Shown piece by piece: positions 51,309-61,198 of a DNA stretch of 64,000 bases. The DNA comes from an uncultured Verrucomicrobiae bacterium (GTDB lineage: Bacteria; Verrucomicrobiota; Verrucomicrobiia; Limisphaerales; DASXHY01). Made by a program: the position numbers and the translations under genes. Every line of letters begins with the position of its first letter. Position 1 is the stretch's first letter. Under the pieces are notes generated by a model. The model was not told the origin of the DNA. It did not search any database and saw nothing but the letters and a program-made list of their open reading frames with translations. The stretch is taken from the NCBI GenBank assembly GCA_963699145.1, contig OY969416.1:1246456-1310455 (forward strand). Direction: 5' to 3'.

Positions 51309-51947
51309 ATGAAATCCCCGCGTTCGATTGCAATTGGAGTTTCTCTTTTGCTTGTGGGAGGCGTTCTGGCGGCGGCCGGCATCTCGAGGCTGCTTAAACG
51401 GGACGAGTTCAAATCCGTGGCGGCCGTCCAAATTTCTACGCCTCCAACCAATACTTTTTCACACCCTTATTTCCTTTTGACCGAATTTGAGGTGTTTCGG
51501 TCGCATGCGGTTCTCACAAACGTTATCGCTTCGCTGCACTTAAATGAGATATGGGGCAAAAGATATAATCACGGGCGAGTCTTGAGTGATTCTGAAGCCG
51601 AAGAGAGGATTAAAAGTCATCTGGAACTGCAGAATGTTCGGAATACGCGTATTGTCGAAATAATCACTTACGATGAAGACCCAGAGGAAGCAGCAAAATT
51701 GGCAAATGCGCTCGCTTGGAGATATGGGCAACTTCGAACGGAGGAATTCGAGCGCCGCGCCGCGGAACCGGGGAACGTGGGAATAATCGCGGATCCTATG
51801 GTCACCCTTATGGATTCCGCCGTGCCGGAATACCGTCCGGTGCGGCCGAACCGTTATCTCGCCGGGGTGATGCTGGGCTGCGGAATGTTTTTGATGATTG
51901 TGGGAATCGTTTGCTTAAGCGATCGCGGAGCGGCGCTGGCGGGTTAA
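51309..51947 (+). CDS. Wzz/GumC-like polysaccharide chain-length-determinant-family protein (short)
   Basis: An N-terminal TM, then FEVFRSHAVLTNVIASLHL...IVEIITYDEDPEEAAKLANALA, then PV.P.R. and a C-terminal TM. Visibly more AT-rich than its neighbours. Confidence 0.65.
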   Translation: MKSPRSIAIGVSLLLVGGVLAAAGISRLLKRDEFKSVAAVQISTPPTNTFSHPYFLLTEFEVFRSHAVLTNVIASLHLNEIWGKRYNHGRVLSDSEAEERIKSHLELQNVRNTRIVEIITYDEDPEEAAKLANALAWRYGQLRTEEFERRAAEPGNVGIIADPMVTLMDSAVPEYRPVRPNRYLAGVMLGCGMFLMIVGIVCLSDRGAALAG

Positions 51948-52047
51948 GGCGCGTCACACTGTTCGCGCCGAAAAACTTTTACAGAAGGGAACGAAGATCC
52001 CGCTTTGCTTCGTTCTCTTTGTTTCCTTCTGTGCAAATCTCCAGCGT

Positions 52048-52779
52048 TCATTTCGCTGCGAGCACGGCGCCGATTTTCTTGCGGAGTTCCTGGGAGACGG
52101 CGTCGACGGAGCAGTTGCTGTCCACGATGGTGAAGCCGTAGGTTTTTTGCAGTTGCAGGAAGGCGGCTTGCATCGCGGTTTGATACTGCAAAAAGCTGTC
52201 GAACATGTCGCGCGAAAGGCCGAGGTCCATGCCGCTTTCCCAATAATCCAGCGTGGCGTTTTTAGAGAGATTGCGTTGCACGAGTTCTTCGGCTTCAACG
52301 GCGAGATAGAATACGGCGTCCGGCACGGGCGCGATGCCGTAAAGATTTTTCAGCCACGCTTCGTCCATGCCGCGGACCATGTCGCGCGCCATCAGCGTGT
52401 AAACGTAACGATCGGCGAGCACGATGAACCCAGCTTTGAGCGCGGGTAAAATGATGTTTTCCAACTGGTCCGCAAAATCGGTGGCGTAAAACAGGCTCAG
52501 CGTGGTGCGGCTGAGAATGTTTCCTTCCTGCGCGCGTTCCAGTTCCTCGCTGACGAGCGAGGAGCGTTTGAGGCCGACCTGGACGGTGGCGTGGCCGCTG
52601 GTTTCGAGCCAGTTGACGAGTTGCGCGATTTGCGTGGAGCGGCCGGAGCCGTCCGCGCCTTCCACGACGATGAGTTTGCCGACGAGTTCGTCCAGTTTGA
52701 CGCCCGGGATGCCGTAGCCGTAAAACCGGCGCGGGCCGGGTTGCGGGACAACAATATTATTATGGCTTTTCTTTTTCAT
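52048..52779 (-). CDS. Thymidylate-kinase-like protein with Walker A Lys replaced by Arg
   Basis: LIVVEGADGSGRSTQ (the Arg codon cgc is at 52639-52641) and DRYVYT. Paralogous to the upstream gene, which it overlaps by 4 nt. Confidence 0.75.
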   Translation of the reverse strand: MKKKSHNNIVVPQPGPRRFYGYGIPGVKLDELVGKLIVVEGADGSGRSTQIAQLVNWLETSGHATVQVGLKRSSLVSEELERAQEGNILSRTTLSLFYATDFADQLENIILPALKAGFIVLADRYVYTLMARDMVRGMDEAWLKNLYGIAPVPDAVFYLAVEAEELVQRNLSKNATLDYWESGMDLGLSRDMFDSFLQYQTAMQAAFLQLQKTYGFTIVDSNCSVDAVSQELRKKIGAVLAAK

Positions 52780-53567
52780 TCCGCCGGATCGTCTTCCAGT
52801 TCGACGGTTTTGGGTTGCACTTTTTTCAACGGCGGCGGCAGTGGGAGCGGGCTCTGGCGTTTGAAGCGCGAGAGGTCGATGCGCTGGCTGACCAATTGGC
52901 GCACAATTCCCTGCTGCACTTCCACGCGCTGGTTGGCGTCGATGATGTTGAAATTGAATTCCGTGCTCATCGCGAGGTATTGCTCGAGGATGCGGCCCTG
53001 GAAGATGCGAAAACTTTCGTAGGGATCGGCGGACAGGCGCAGGTCCATGCCGGCTTCGAAAAATTTCAGTTTGGGCCGGCCGTCGAGGATGCGCCGGAGC
53101 GAGACTTCGAGGTCCGCCTTGAAAAAGAACGTGAGGTCCGGCAGCGCGGCGAAATCATAAATGCCGCGCACCCACGCGGGCGGGCAGCCGCGGGTGACAT
53201 CGCGGGCGAACGCGGTGAAAATGTAGCGATCGCAGAGCACGATGTAGCCGGCGCGCAGGAGCGGCAGCAGATGGCGCTCGTAGCGATCGGCGAAATCCGT
53301 GGCGTGAATGAGGCTGAACGTGGTGGGTGAAAGCAGCTCGCGTTTTTTGCCTTTGCTGGTCGCCGATTTCACGAGTTCGGAGGAATTCCATTCGCTGAAA
53401 TAGACGCGGACGCCCTCGGCCTCGAGCCAGCGTTTAAGCAAATATATCTGGGTTGATTTCCCGGAACCATCGAGGCCTTCGACCGCGATGAGGCGGCCGG
53501 GAAAATGGCGTTCTCCAAACGTTTTCATTCCGTGGTGGAAGAATAGCGGGGGTTCAAGTGAATGCAA
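52776..53567 (-). CDS. tmk: Thymidylate kinase (dTMP kinase) family protein
   Basis: LIAVEGLDGSGKSTQ gives an intact P-loop. DRYIFT corresponds to the DRY/DR motif. Pro/Lys-rich C-terminal tail. Confidence 0.75.
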   Translation of the reverse strand: MHSLEPPLFFHHGMKTFGERHFPGRLIAVEGLDGSGKSTQIYLLKRWLEAEGVRVYFSEWNSSELVKSATSKGKKRELLSPTTFSLIHATDFADRYERHLLPLLRAGYIVLCDRYIFTAFARDVTRGCPPAWVRGIYDFAALPDLTFFFKADLEVSLRRILDGRPKLKFFEAGMDLRLSADPYESFRIFQGRILEQYLAMSTEFNFNIIDANQRVEVQQGIVRQLVSQRIDLSRFKRQSPLPLPPPLKKVQPKTVELEDDPAE

Positions 53568-53572
53568 TGGGG

Positions 53573-53631
53573 AACGTGATGCGTGAAACGTGAAACGTGA
53601 AGGGCAAGACCTGATGCGTGATGCGTGAACC
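53573..53631. repeat. Tandem heptamer repeats (cgtgaaa x3; gatgcgt x2)
   Basis: gtgatgcgtgaaacgtgaaacgtgaagggcaagacctgatgcgtgatgcgtgaacc, in the hflX-tmk intergenic spacer. Confidence 0.75.
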
Positions 53632-53689
53632 AGTTCCCATGCCTAAGGCGATTTCTCGCGAAATGTTTGTTAGGGCGGTCTTCGTCATC

Positions 53690-54988
<1,299 letters not shown>

Positions 54989-55167
54989 TTCTTGCCTGTC
55001 TGGTGTGCTTGTGCGCTGAACAAAATACCACGGTTTTGGATTCGGGAAAGACTTTTGAAGAAAGGGTTTGTGCGGACGTTTGGCGGGAAATCTACCGCAT
55101 GGGGGATTTTGAGCGCTCCGAGAATTCTTATGGATTTATTTGGGCTATTTGCGACACTGCGCGCCGC

Positions 55168-55650
55168 ATGAGTCCGTTAATTAAACTTTTGCTCGAAGGC
55201 GGCAAGCTGAACACGGCGCAAATGGCGCAGGTGCTGAATTTGCCCGAAGCCGAGGTCAATCGCCAATTGGAACAGTTGCGCGCCGATCGCGTCCTGCTCG
55301 GATGGCGGCCGGTGCTCAACCTTGCCGACGAGGAAACGGGCATCGTGCGCGCCGTGATCGAAGTGCGCATCACGCCCGAGCGCGGCGGCGGGTTCAATCG
55401 CCTGGCCGATCGCATCAGCCGGTTTGATGAAGTCGAGTCGTGCTACCTGATGTCTGGCGGCTATGATTTGCTCGTGTTTGTCGGTGGGAGCAGCTTGCAA
55501 AAAGTTGCGGCGTTTGTTTCGGAAAAACTTTCGACGATCGAGGGCGTGCTGTCCACCGCCACGCATTTTCTGCTGCGTTCCTACAAGGAACAGGGTTTCC
55601 TGCTCGATATTCCTGCCGAGGACAACAACCGGCTGAAGGTGGCCCCTTGA
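55168..55650 (+). CDS. Lrp/AsnC-family transcriptional regulator
   Basis: HTH (LNTAQMAQVLNLPEAEVNRQLEQLRADRVL) plus an RAM-like domain (AVIEVRITPE...VESCYLMSGGYDLLVFV). I preferred the ATG at 55168 because the track start overlaps hflX. Confidence 0.8.
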   Translation: MSPLIKLLLEGGKLNTAQMAQVLNLPEAEVNRQLEQLRADRVLLGWRPVLNLADEETGIVRAVIEVRITPERGGGFNRLADRISRFDEVESCYLMSGGYDLLVFVGGSSLQKVAAFVSEKLSTIEGVLSTATHFLLRSYKEQGFLLDIPAEDNNRLKVAP

Positions 55651-55661
55651 AACCCCAGGAA

Positions 55662-55738
55662 ACATCGAACATCGAACATCGAACGTCGAACATCGAATGT
55701 GCGTTTACTTATGAATGCCTCGGTGTTCGACGTTCGGC
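55662..55738. repeat. Heptamer-arm hairpin (catcgaa x5 / ttcgacg complement)
   Basis: acatcgaa catcgaa catcgaa cgtcgaa catcgaa ... cggtgttcgacgttcggcg, between the Lrp and aminotransferase genes. Confidence 0.8.
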
Positions 55739-55759
55739 GTTTTCTTTTTAATTTCCACA

Positions 55760-56935
55760 ATGGACACTACCCGCTACATCGCCAAACACGTCGTCAACCT
55801 GCCGCGCTCGGGCATTCGCGATTTTTTTGAAATTGTCGCGAAGATGAAGGACGTGATTTCGCTCGGCATCGGTGAGCCGGATTTTGACACGCCCTGGCAC
55901 ATTCGCGAGGCGGCCATTTATGCGCTGGAAAAGGGCAAGACGCATTACACGTCGAATCTCGGTTTGATCGAGTTGCGCCGCGCCATCAACAAGTACGTCG
56001 AAAAGAATTTCAACGTCAGCTATCGGCCGGAAGACGAGATCCTGGTGACGGTGGGTGTGAGCGAGGCGATTGATATCGCGGCGCGCGCGCTGATCAATCC
56101 CGGCGACAAAGTGATGTTTCATCAGCCGTGTTATGTCAGCTATCATCCGAGTGTCACGCTGGCGCACGGCGAAGCGATCCCGGTGCCGACGTATGCGAAG
56201 GATAATTTTGCGCTGACGGCCGAGGCGTTGAAGGCGGCGTGGGTGCCCGGTTGCAAGATGCTCATGCTGAACCTGCCGTGCAACCCGACCGGCGGCACGT
56301 GCAGCCGCGCGCAGTTGGAGGCGATTGCGACATTTGCCATTGAAAAAGATTTGCTGGTGTTGAGCGACGAGATTTATTCCGAACTCACGTTCGAAGGCGA
56401 GCACATCAGCATCGCGAGTTTTCCCGGCATGAAGGAGCGCACGATTTTCCTGCATGGATTTTCGAAGGCGTTCGCGATGACGGGTTGGCGCATCGGCTAC
56501 GCGTGCGGGCCGGCGACGTTGATCGAGGCAATGATGAAGGTGCATCAATATTCGATGATGTGCGCGTCGATCATCAGCCAGGAGGGTGCGGTGGAGGCGT
56601 TGCAGCGCGGCGAGGACGGCATGAAACAAATGCGCGATCAATATCATCGCCGGCGCGATTTCATCGTGCGGCGCTTGAATGAGATCGGGCTGAAATGCCA
56701 CCTGCCGCGCGGGTCGTTTTACGCCTTCCCGTCCGTGGAAATTTGGGGCATGACGGAAAAGGATTTCGCGCTCGGCTTGCTCAACGCGGAAAAGGTGGCG
56801 ATGGTCCCCGGAACCGCTTTCGGCGCGAATGGCGCGGGTTTTTGCCGCGCGTGTTTCGCGACCGGTTACGATCAGCTCATTGAGGCGAGTGACCGGATTG
56901 ATCGGTATGTGCAGTCACTCGCGAAGAAGCGGTGA
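55760..56935 (+). CDS. Pyridoxal-phosphate-dependent aminotransferase, class I/II (aspartate/aromatic type)
   Basis: GEPDFDTP, NPTG, LVLSDEIYSEL, and SFSKAFAMTGWRIGY, which contains the PLP-binding Lys context. ATG at 55760 (MDTTRY...). Confidence 0.9.
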   Translation: MDTTRYIAKHVVNLPRSGIRDFFEIVAKMKDVISLGIGEPDFDTPWHIREAAIYALEKGKTHYTSNLGLIELRRAINKYVEKNFNVSYRPEDEILVTVGVSEAIDIAARALINPGDKVMFHQPCYVSYHPSVTLAHGEAIPVPTYAKDNFALTAEALKAAWVPGCKMLMLNLPCNPTGGTCSRAQLEAIATFAIEKDLLVLSDEIYSELTFEGEHISIASFPGMKERTIFLHGFSKAFAMTGWRIGYACGPATLIEAMMKVHQYSMMCASIISQEGAVEALQRGEDGMKQMRDQYHRRRDFIVRRLNEIGLKCHLPRGSFYAFPSVEIWGMTEKDFALGLLNAEKVAMVPGTAFGANGAGFCRACFATGYDQLIEASDRIDRYVQSLAKKR

Positions 56936-57027
56936 AGTGCTGGTGGGAATTCCATCGTTCCCGATGGATTCCGTCGGGCAGCCTTCCAACGCTTTCTGGG
57001 CTTCGCGGATTTCCTGCGGATGCCAGA

Positions 57028-58008
57028 CTACTTTTCCCTTTTCTTTGAGGCGAGGCAATCGAGGAGTTGCTCGTAGGAATTCCCTGGTTTCAATTCAATC
57101 CACTCGCAATTGCCGTGGCGGCGGAACCAGGTCATTTGGCGTTTGGCGAATTGGCGGGTTTTGATTTTTACGAGCTCCATGGTTTCCGGTAGCCCGCGTT
57201 CGCCGCGCAAATGTTCCACGACCTGACGATAGCCGAGGGCTTGCAGGGCGGTTTTGTTTTGGGCGAGGCCGTGGTCCAGGAGTTGGCGGGTTTCGTCAAC
57301 CAGGCCGCGGGCGAACATGGTGTCGACGCGAGAATTAATGCGTGCGTGCAGGTCGGTATTGGTGCGCGAGAAGGCGATGATGGATGTGACGGGTTCGTTG
57401 GCATCGACTTGCCGGCGGGACGCGGGCGGTCCCAGGCTGATCCAGTCCGCGCGTTGTTCGGAAAATTTTTTGCCGGTGAGGCGGATGACTTCGATGGCGC
57501 GGATGATGCGACGGGGATTTTGACGATCGATTTTTTCGTGAGTGACAGGATCTTTTTCCGCGAGTTCGGCCAATAGCTCGGGCAAAGGCGTGGTTTCCAA
57601 TTCGGCTCGCAGTTTTTCATCGCCGGGCGGCGTGTCGCCGAGGCCTTCGAGGAAGGCTTTGAAGTAAAGGCCGGTGCCGCCGCAGAAGATGGGGACGCGG
57701 GCGCGTGATTGGATGTCGGCAACGGCGGCGGTGGCGTGGCGGACGAATTGCGCGGCGTCAAACGGTTGCGTGAGCTCGACGATGTCGATCAGGTGATGCG
57801 GGACGCGGGCGCGTTCTGCGGCGGAGGGTTTGGCGGTGCCGATGTCGAGGCCGCGATAGACTTGCATGGAATCGACGGAGATGATTTCTCCACCGATTTT
57901 CTCCGCGAGCAGCAGTGCGATTTCGGATTTGCCGACGGCGGTGGGGCCGGCCAGAAAGATCGAATGGAGGATGGAGGATGGAGGATGGATAGGGGAAGCG
58001 TTGGCCAT
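57028..58008 (-). CDS. miaA: tRNA dimethylallyltransferase MiaA
   Basis: P-loop GPTAVGKSEIA, ISVDSMQVYRGLDIGTAKP, HHLIDI, and GGTGLYFKA. The N-terminal 12-15 residues are encoded by a (ggaggat)n heptamer repeat. Confidence 0.92.
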   Translation of the reverse strand: MANASPIHPPSSILHSIFLAGPTAVGKSEIALLLAEKIGGEIISVDSMQVYRGLDIGTAKPSAAERARVPHHLIDIVELTQPFDAAQFVRHATAAVADIQSRARVPIFCGGTGLYFKAFLEGLGDTPPGDEKLRAELETTPLPELLAELAEKDPVTHEKIDRQNPRRIIRAIEVIRLTGKKFSEQRADWISLGPPASRRQVDANEPVTSIIAFSRTNTDLHARINSRVDTMFARGLVDETRQLLDHGLAQNKTALQALGYRQVVEHLRGERGLPETMELVKIKTRQFAKRQMTWFRRHGNCEWIELKPGNSYEQLLDCLASKKREK

Positions 58009-58025
58009 CTTCTATCCTCTATTTT

Positions 58026-58808
58026 CTATGCGCGTTTGGGCTGAAATTTTTTGAGCACGGCCCACATCGCGATGCCGGCGGCGAAGATGCCGATGCTGAC
58101 GAGTTGGCCGGGGGTGAGGTTGAGCGCGCCATGAAGGTGGACGGGGCTGTAATCGCCGCGGAAGGATTCAACAATCGAGCGCGTGATGGCGTAGCAAAGC
58201 AAATAGGCGGCGAAGACCTGACCGTCGAATTTTTTGCGGCGGTAGAGCCATGCGAGGCCAATGTATAAGAGCAGGCTCAGCAGCGAATCGTAGAGTTGCG
58301 AGGGGTGCACCGGGTAATTGGGCGCGCCGTTCAGGTTGCCCTCCGGATACGTGACGGCCCAGGGTAGTGAGCAACGACTTCCGTAGCAGCAGCCGTTCAA
58401 GAAACAACCGATGCGGCCGAAGACGTAGCCGAGCGGGATGCTTGGCGCGAGGACGTCAGAGAGTTTCCAGAGGCCGAGGTGTTTTACGCGCGCATACAGT
58501 ATCGTGGCCAGCGAGGCGCCGATGAGGCCGCCGTAAAAAACCAGGCCGCCTTTCCACACGGCGAAAATTTCCCAGATCGGATGCCCGGCGAACTCTTCGT
58601 TCCAATACGTGGCGACGTGCAATGCGCGCGCGCCGATGATGGTGCCGACGATGAGCCAGGGGCCAATGTCCAAGATTTTTTCGGCGGGGATGCCGGAGCG
58701 CAAGCCGCGTCGGCTGGCGGTCCACAAGCCGGCGATGAAGGCGATGGCCATCATCACGCCGTACCAGCGGACGGTGATGGGGCCGAGGTTGAATGCGATC
58801 GGATGCAC
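58026..58808 (-). CDS. lgt: Prolipoprotein diacylglyceryl transferase
   Basis: GPITVRWYGVMMAIAF..., GGLVFYGGLIG, GRIGCFLNGCCYG, and HPSQLY. Confidence 0.93.
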   Translation of the reverse strand: MHPIAFNLGPITVRWYGVMMAIAFIAGLWTASRRGLRSGIPAEKILDIGPWLIVGTIIGARALHVATYWNEEFAGHPIWEIFAVWKGGLVFYGGLIGASLATILYARVKHLGLWKLSDVLAPSIPLGYVFGRIGCFLNGCCYGSRCSLPWAVTYPEGNLNGAPNYPVHPSQLYDSLLSLLLYIGLAWLYRRKKFDGQVFAAYLLCYAITRSIVESFRGDYSPVHLHGALNLTPGQLVSIGIFAAGIAMWAVLKKFQPKRA

Positions 58809-58840
58809 GGGTGAACTTTAAACGTAAATGGAGGAGGACG

Positions 58841-58943
58841 CCAATGACGAATGACGGTGAAGGGCGGCGGGTGGCGCGTGGCGGGTGACGAATGACGAAT
58901 GGCTCGGCCGGGGGACGAGTTCGTTCGTCATTTGTCGTTCGGG
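58841..58943. repeat. Heptamer-arm hairpin (gaatgac family)
   Basis: ccaatgacgaatgacgg...gtgacgaatgacgaatgg...cgagttcgttcgtcatttgtcgttcggg, in the divergent lgt/larE spacer. Confidence 0.75.
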
Positions 58944-59014
58944 CCGGCGGGACGCCGGCGGTCCCAGGCTTGCGAGGCCTCGACATTGCGGCGTGGCGGT
59001 GGCATTTTAGCGAT

Positions 59015-59896
59015 GTGTCTAAATTAGATCAGTTGCGTGACTTGCTGCGTTCGTATGGTTCCTGCCTGGTGGCGTATTCCGGGGGTGTCGATTCAGTGTT
59101 TCTCGCGCGGGTTGCGCGGGATGTGCTGGGGGATAAATCGCTGGCGGTGATCGCGGATTCGGCGAGCTTGCCGCGGCGGGAACTGAACGAGGCGTTGGAA
59201 ATTGCGGAGCGATTCCAGATTCCCGTGCGCGTGGTGCGCACGCAGGAATTTCAAAATCCCAGTTACACGGCCAATCCCACGAACCGCTGTTATTTTTGCA
59301 AACACGAACTGTTCACGGAACTGGAGCCGATTGCGCGTGAGGAAAGATTTGCGGTGATCGCGTACGGCGAAAACGCCAGCGACGTGGGTGATTTTCGCCC
59401 GGGCGCGCAGGCGGCGAAGGAATTTCAGGTGCGGGCGCCGTTGAAGGAAGTGGGCATGACGAAGGCGGAGATTCGCGAATATTCGGCGCAGCTCGGGCTG
59501 CCCACGGCGGACAAGCCGCAGATGGCGTGTTTGAGTTCGCGAATTCCGTACGGGGAAACGGTCACGCCGGAGAAGCTGCGCATGATTGAAGCGGGCGAAA
59601 ATGTTTTGCGCGACCTGGGTTTTCATGATGTGCGCGTGCGGCATCATGAATTGCGCGCGAGCGACGCGGTGCGATTGGACCCGAAGGCTTTGCTCACCAC
59701 GCGTCACTCGACACCCGTCACTCATTTGGCTCGCATCGAAGTGGGGCCGTCGGAGTTGCCCAGGTTGCTGGAAAACGGGAATTCAACGAAGGTGGCGGAG
59801 GCGTTGAAGGAAATCGGTTACGCGCATGTGACGCTGGATTTACAGGGGTATCGGCGGGGGAGTTTGAATGAGGCGAACGGGAGAGCGGAGAAATAA
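59015..59896 (+). CDS. larE: ATP-dependent sacrificial sulfur transferase LarE-like (PP-loop ATP pyrophosphatase)
   Basis: PP-loop VAYSGGVDSVFLA, RCYFCK, and the conserved Cys context MACLSSRIPYG. I chose the GTG at 59015 (VSKLDQLRDLL) because the track start lies in the repeat. Confidence 0.8.
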   Translation: MSKLDQLRDLLRSYGSCLVAYSGGVDSVFLARVARDVLGDKSLAVIADSASLPRRELNEALEIAERFQIPVRVVRTQEFQNPSYTANPTNRCYFCKHELFTELEPIAREERFAVIAYGENASDVGDFRPGAQAAKEFQVRAPLKEVGMTKAEIREYSAQLGLPTADKPQMACLSSRIPYGETVTPEKLRMIEAGENVLRDLGFHDVRVRHHELRASDAVRLDPKALLTTRHSTPVTHLARIEVGPSELPRLLENGNSTKVAEALKEIGYAHVTLDLQGYRRGSLNEANGRAEK

Positions 59897-60029
59897 GCGG
59901 TGAAGGCGTAGCGGCATTGAGGATTGTCAGGGGAATGGGCTGATGGTGCGGAGTTTCGTTGGAGGCGGTTGGGAACATCCAACATCGAACATCCAGCGGG
60001 GGTGAAGTTGCTGGCGCGTCGGCTTTGCG

Positions 60030-60899
60030 TCAGTTCGGAGGCTGGGGAGGTGCGTGGTTGACCAGTTCGTTCTGTAGTCTCAGTTGCTCCTGCGCCACGG
60101 ACTTGATCTGGGCAAGGTCTTTGTTGTAGGCCTCGAGCGTGGCATGGTCTTTGAAGCGGATTTTGTCCGCGGCCGGATCGGCATCCCAACGGCCCCAATT
60201 CGTTTCCAAGGTATCGAAGACGTCCAACATTGCCGCGCCGTACTGATCGTCGCATTGCCGGATTTTCATGGTGACTGAGTTCTGGAATGCGGAGGACGCG
60301 TGATAGCCGGCGAGCAGGGCGTCGATTTTGGAGGAGCGGACGTGCGCCTCGGTGAGGTCCGCGCGGATTTGGTCCTCGGCGTTGGTGATGACCTTTTCCA
60401 GGGCGGCATTGGAGTCGAGGAATTGGTGAACGAGGTCACGGCGTTCGGCAAACTGGTCTTTGTTGGAGGAGTCAAAATTATACAGCACGCGCGCTTCGCG
60501 CAATTTGGCGGCGGATTCGTGGTAATTTCTGGCGGCGAACTGCATGCGATCCATAAATCCGGTCAGGGATTTGGCGAAAACGGCGTCGTCGCCGGTGGAA
60601 TTGGCCGAGGCGTTTTGCAGGGTTTGCCGCAATTTTTCCATTTTCGCAAAGTCAATATTGGTAATCCCGGTCTTGGGATTGAAATCCTTTTTCATATCGG
60701 ACCGCATTTGGTTTGCCGACGTGGCCACATTTTTCCACGCGGCGCGAGATTGCATGGTTTTCCGGTGCGCGACTACGGCGTACGCGACAGCGAAAGCGAT
60801 TAGGGCGACAACGGGCAGGGCAATCAGGCTGGCCAGGAGAACCTGGCGCACGATTGGGCTTTTGCCTTCCGGTGGTGGTTGATAAGGGGGTGGATTCAT
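60030..60899 (-). CDS. Hypothetical single-pass membrane protein (helical ectodomain, Pro-rich termini)
   Basis: ATG at 60899 (MNPPPYQPPPEG...), TM VLLASLIALPVVALIAFAVAYAVV, and good GC3 bias. I recognised no motif. Confidence 0.6.
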   Translation of the reverse strand: MNPPPYQPPPEGKSPIVRQVLLASLIALPVVALIAFAVAYAVVAHRKTMQSRAAWKNVATSANQMRSDMKKDFNPKTGITNIDFAKMEKLRQTLQNASANSTGDDAVFAKSLTGFMDRMQFAARNYHESAAKLREARVLYNFDSSNKDQFAERRDLVHQFLDSNAALEKVITNAEDQIRADLTEAHVRSSKIDALLAGYHASSAFQNSVTMKIRQCDDQYGAAMLDVFDTLETNWGRWDADPAADKIRFKDHATLEAYNKDLAQIKSVAQEQLRLQNELVNHAPPQPPN

Positions 60900-61033
60900 G
60901 CCTTCTTGTGGCCAGCTTTTAATTGAACAGTTCGGAATTCTCAAGCATTGTTTTTGAATAATTCCAGGTTTTAAGGCAAAATACGGGGGTGCTTGAATGC
61001 GAATGACTAATGATTTCCTCATTTGAGCGCTCA

Positions 61034-61138
61034 GGAGCGCGGACTTTAGTCCGCTTCAGTGCGACTTTGCCGAGCGCCTTTGGAGGGTTCAGACCCCCAG
61101 AAAAAGGCCAAGCTGAAGCGACCTGAAGGTCGCGCTCC
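61034..61138. repeat. Inverted repeat with ggagcgcg-N10-cgcttcag arms
   Basis: ggagcgcggactttagtccgcttcag ... ctgaagcgacctgaaggtcgcgctcc. Each arm is itself a small hairpin. A related gcggactaaagtccgc motif occurs at about 33400. Confidence 0.7.
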
Positions 61139-61198
61139 TTCGAAAAGCTGCAACTTTCGGCTGGAAGTGGTTTATTATTAAGAATCGAGTTTAGAGAT

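Noticed and set aside
58892-59014. N-terminal extension of larE (MTNGSAGGRVRSSFVVRAGG...), and likewise 60900-61022 for the 289-aa membrane protein.
   Set aside because: The larE extension is translated from the gaatgac repeat hairpin. The conserved LarE N-terminus (SKLDQLRDLL...) begins at the GTG at 59015. For the other gene, the ATG at 60899 directly precedes the Pro-rich and TM region.
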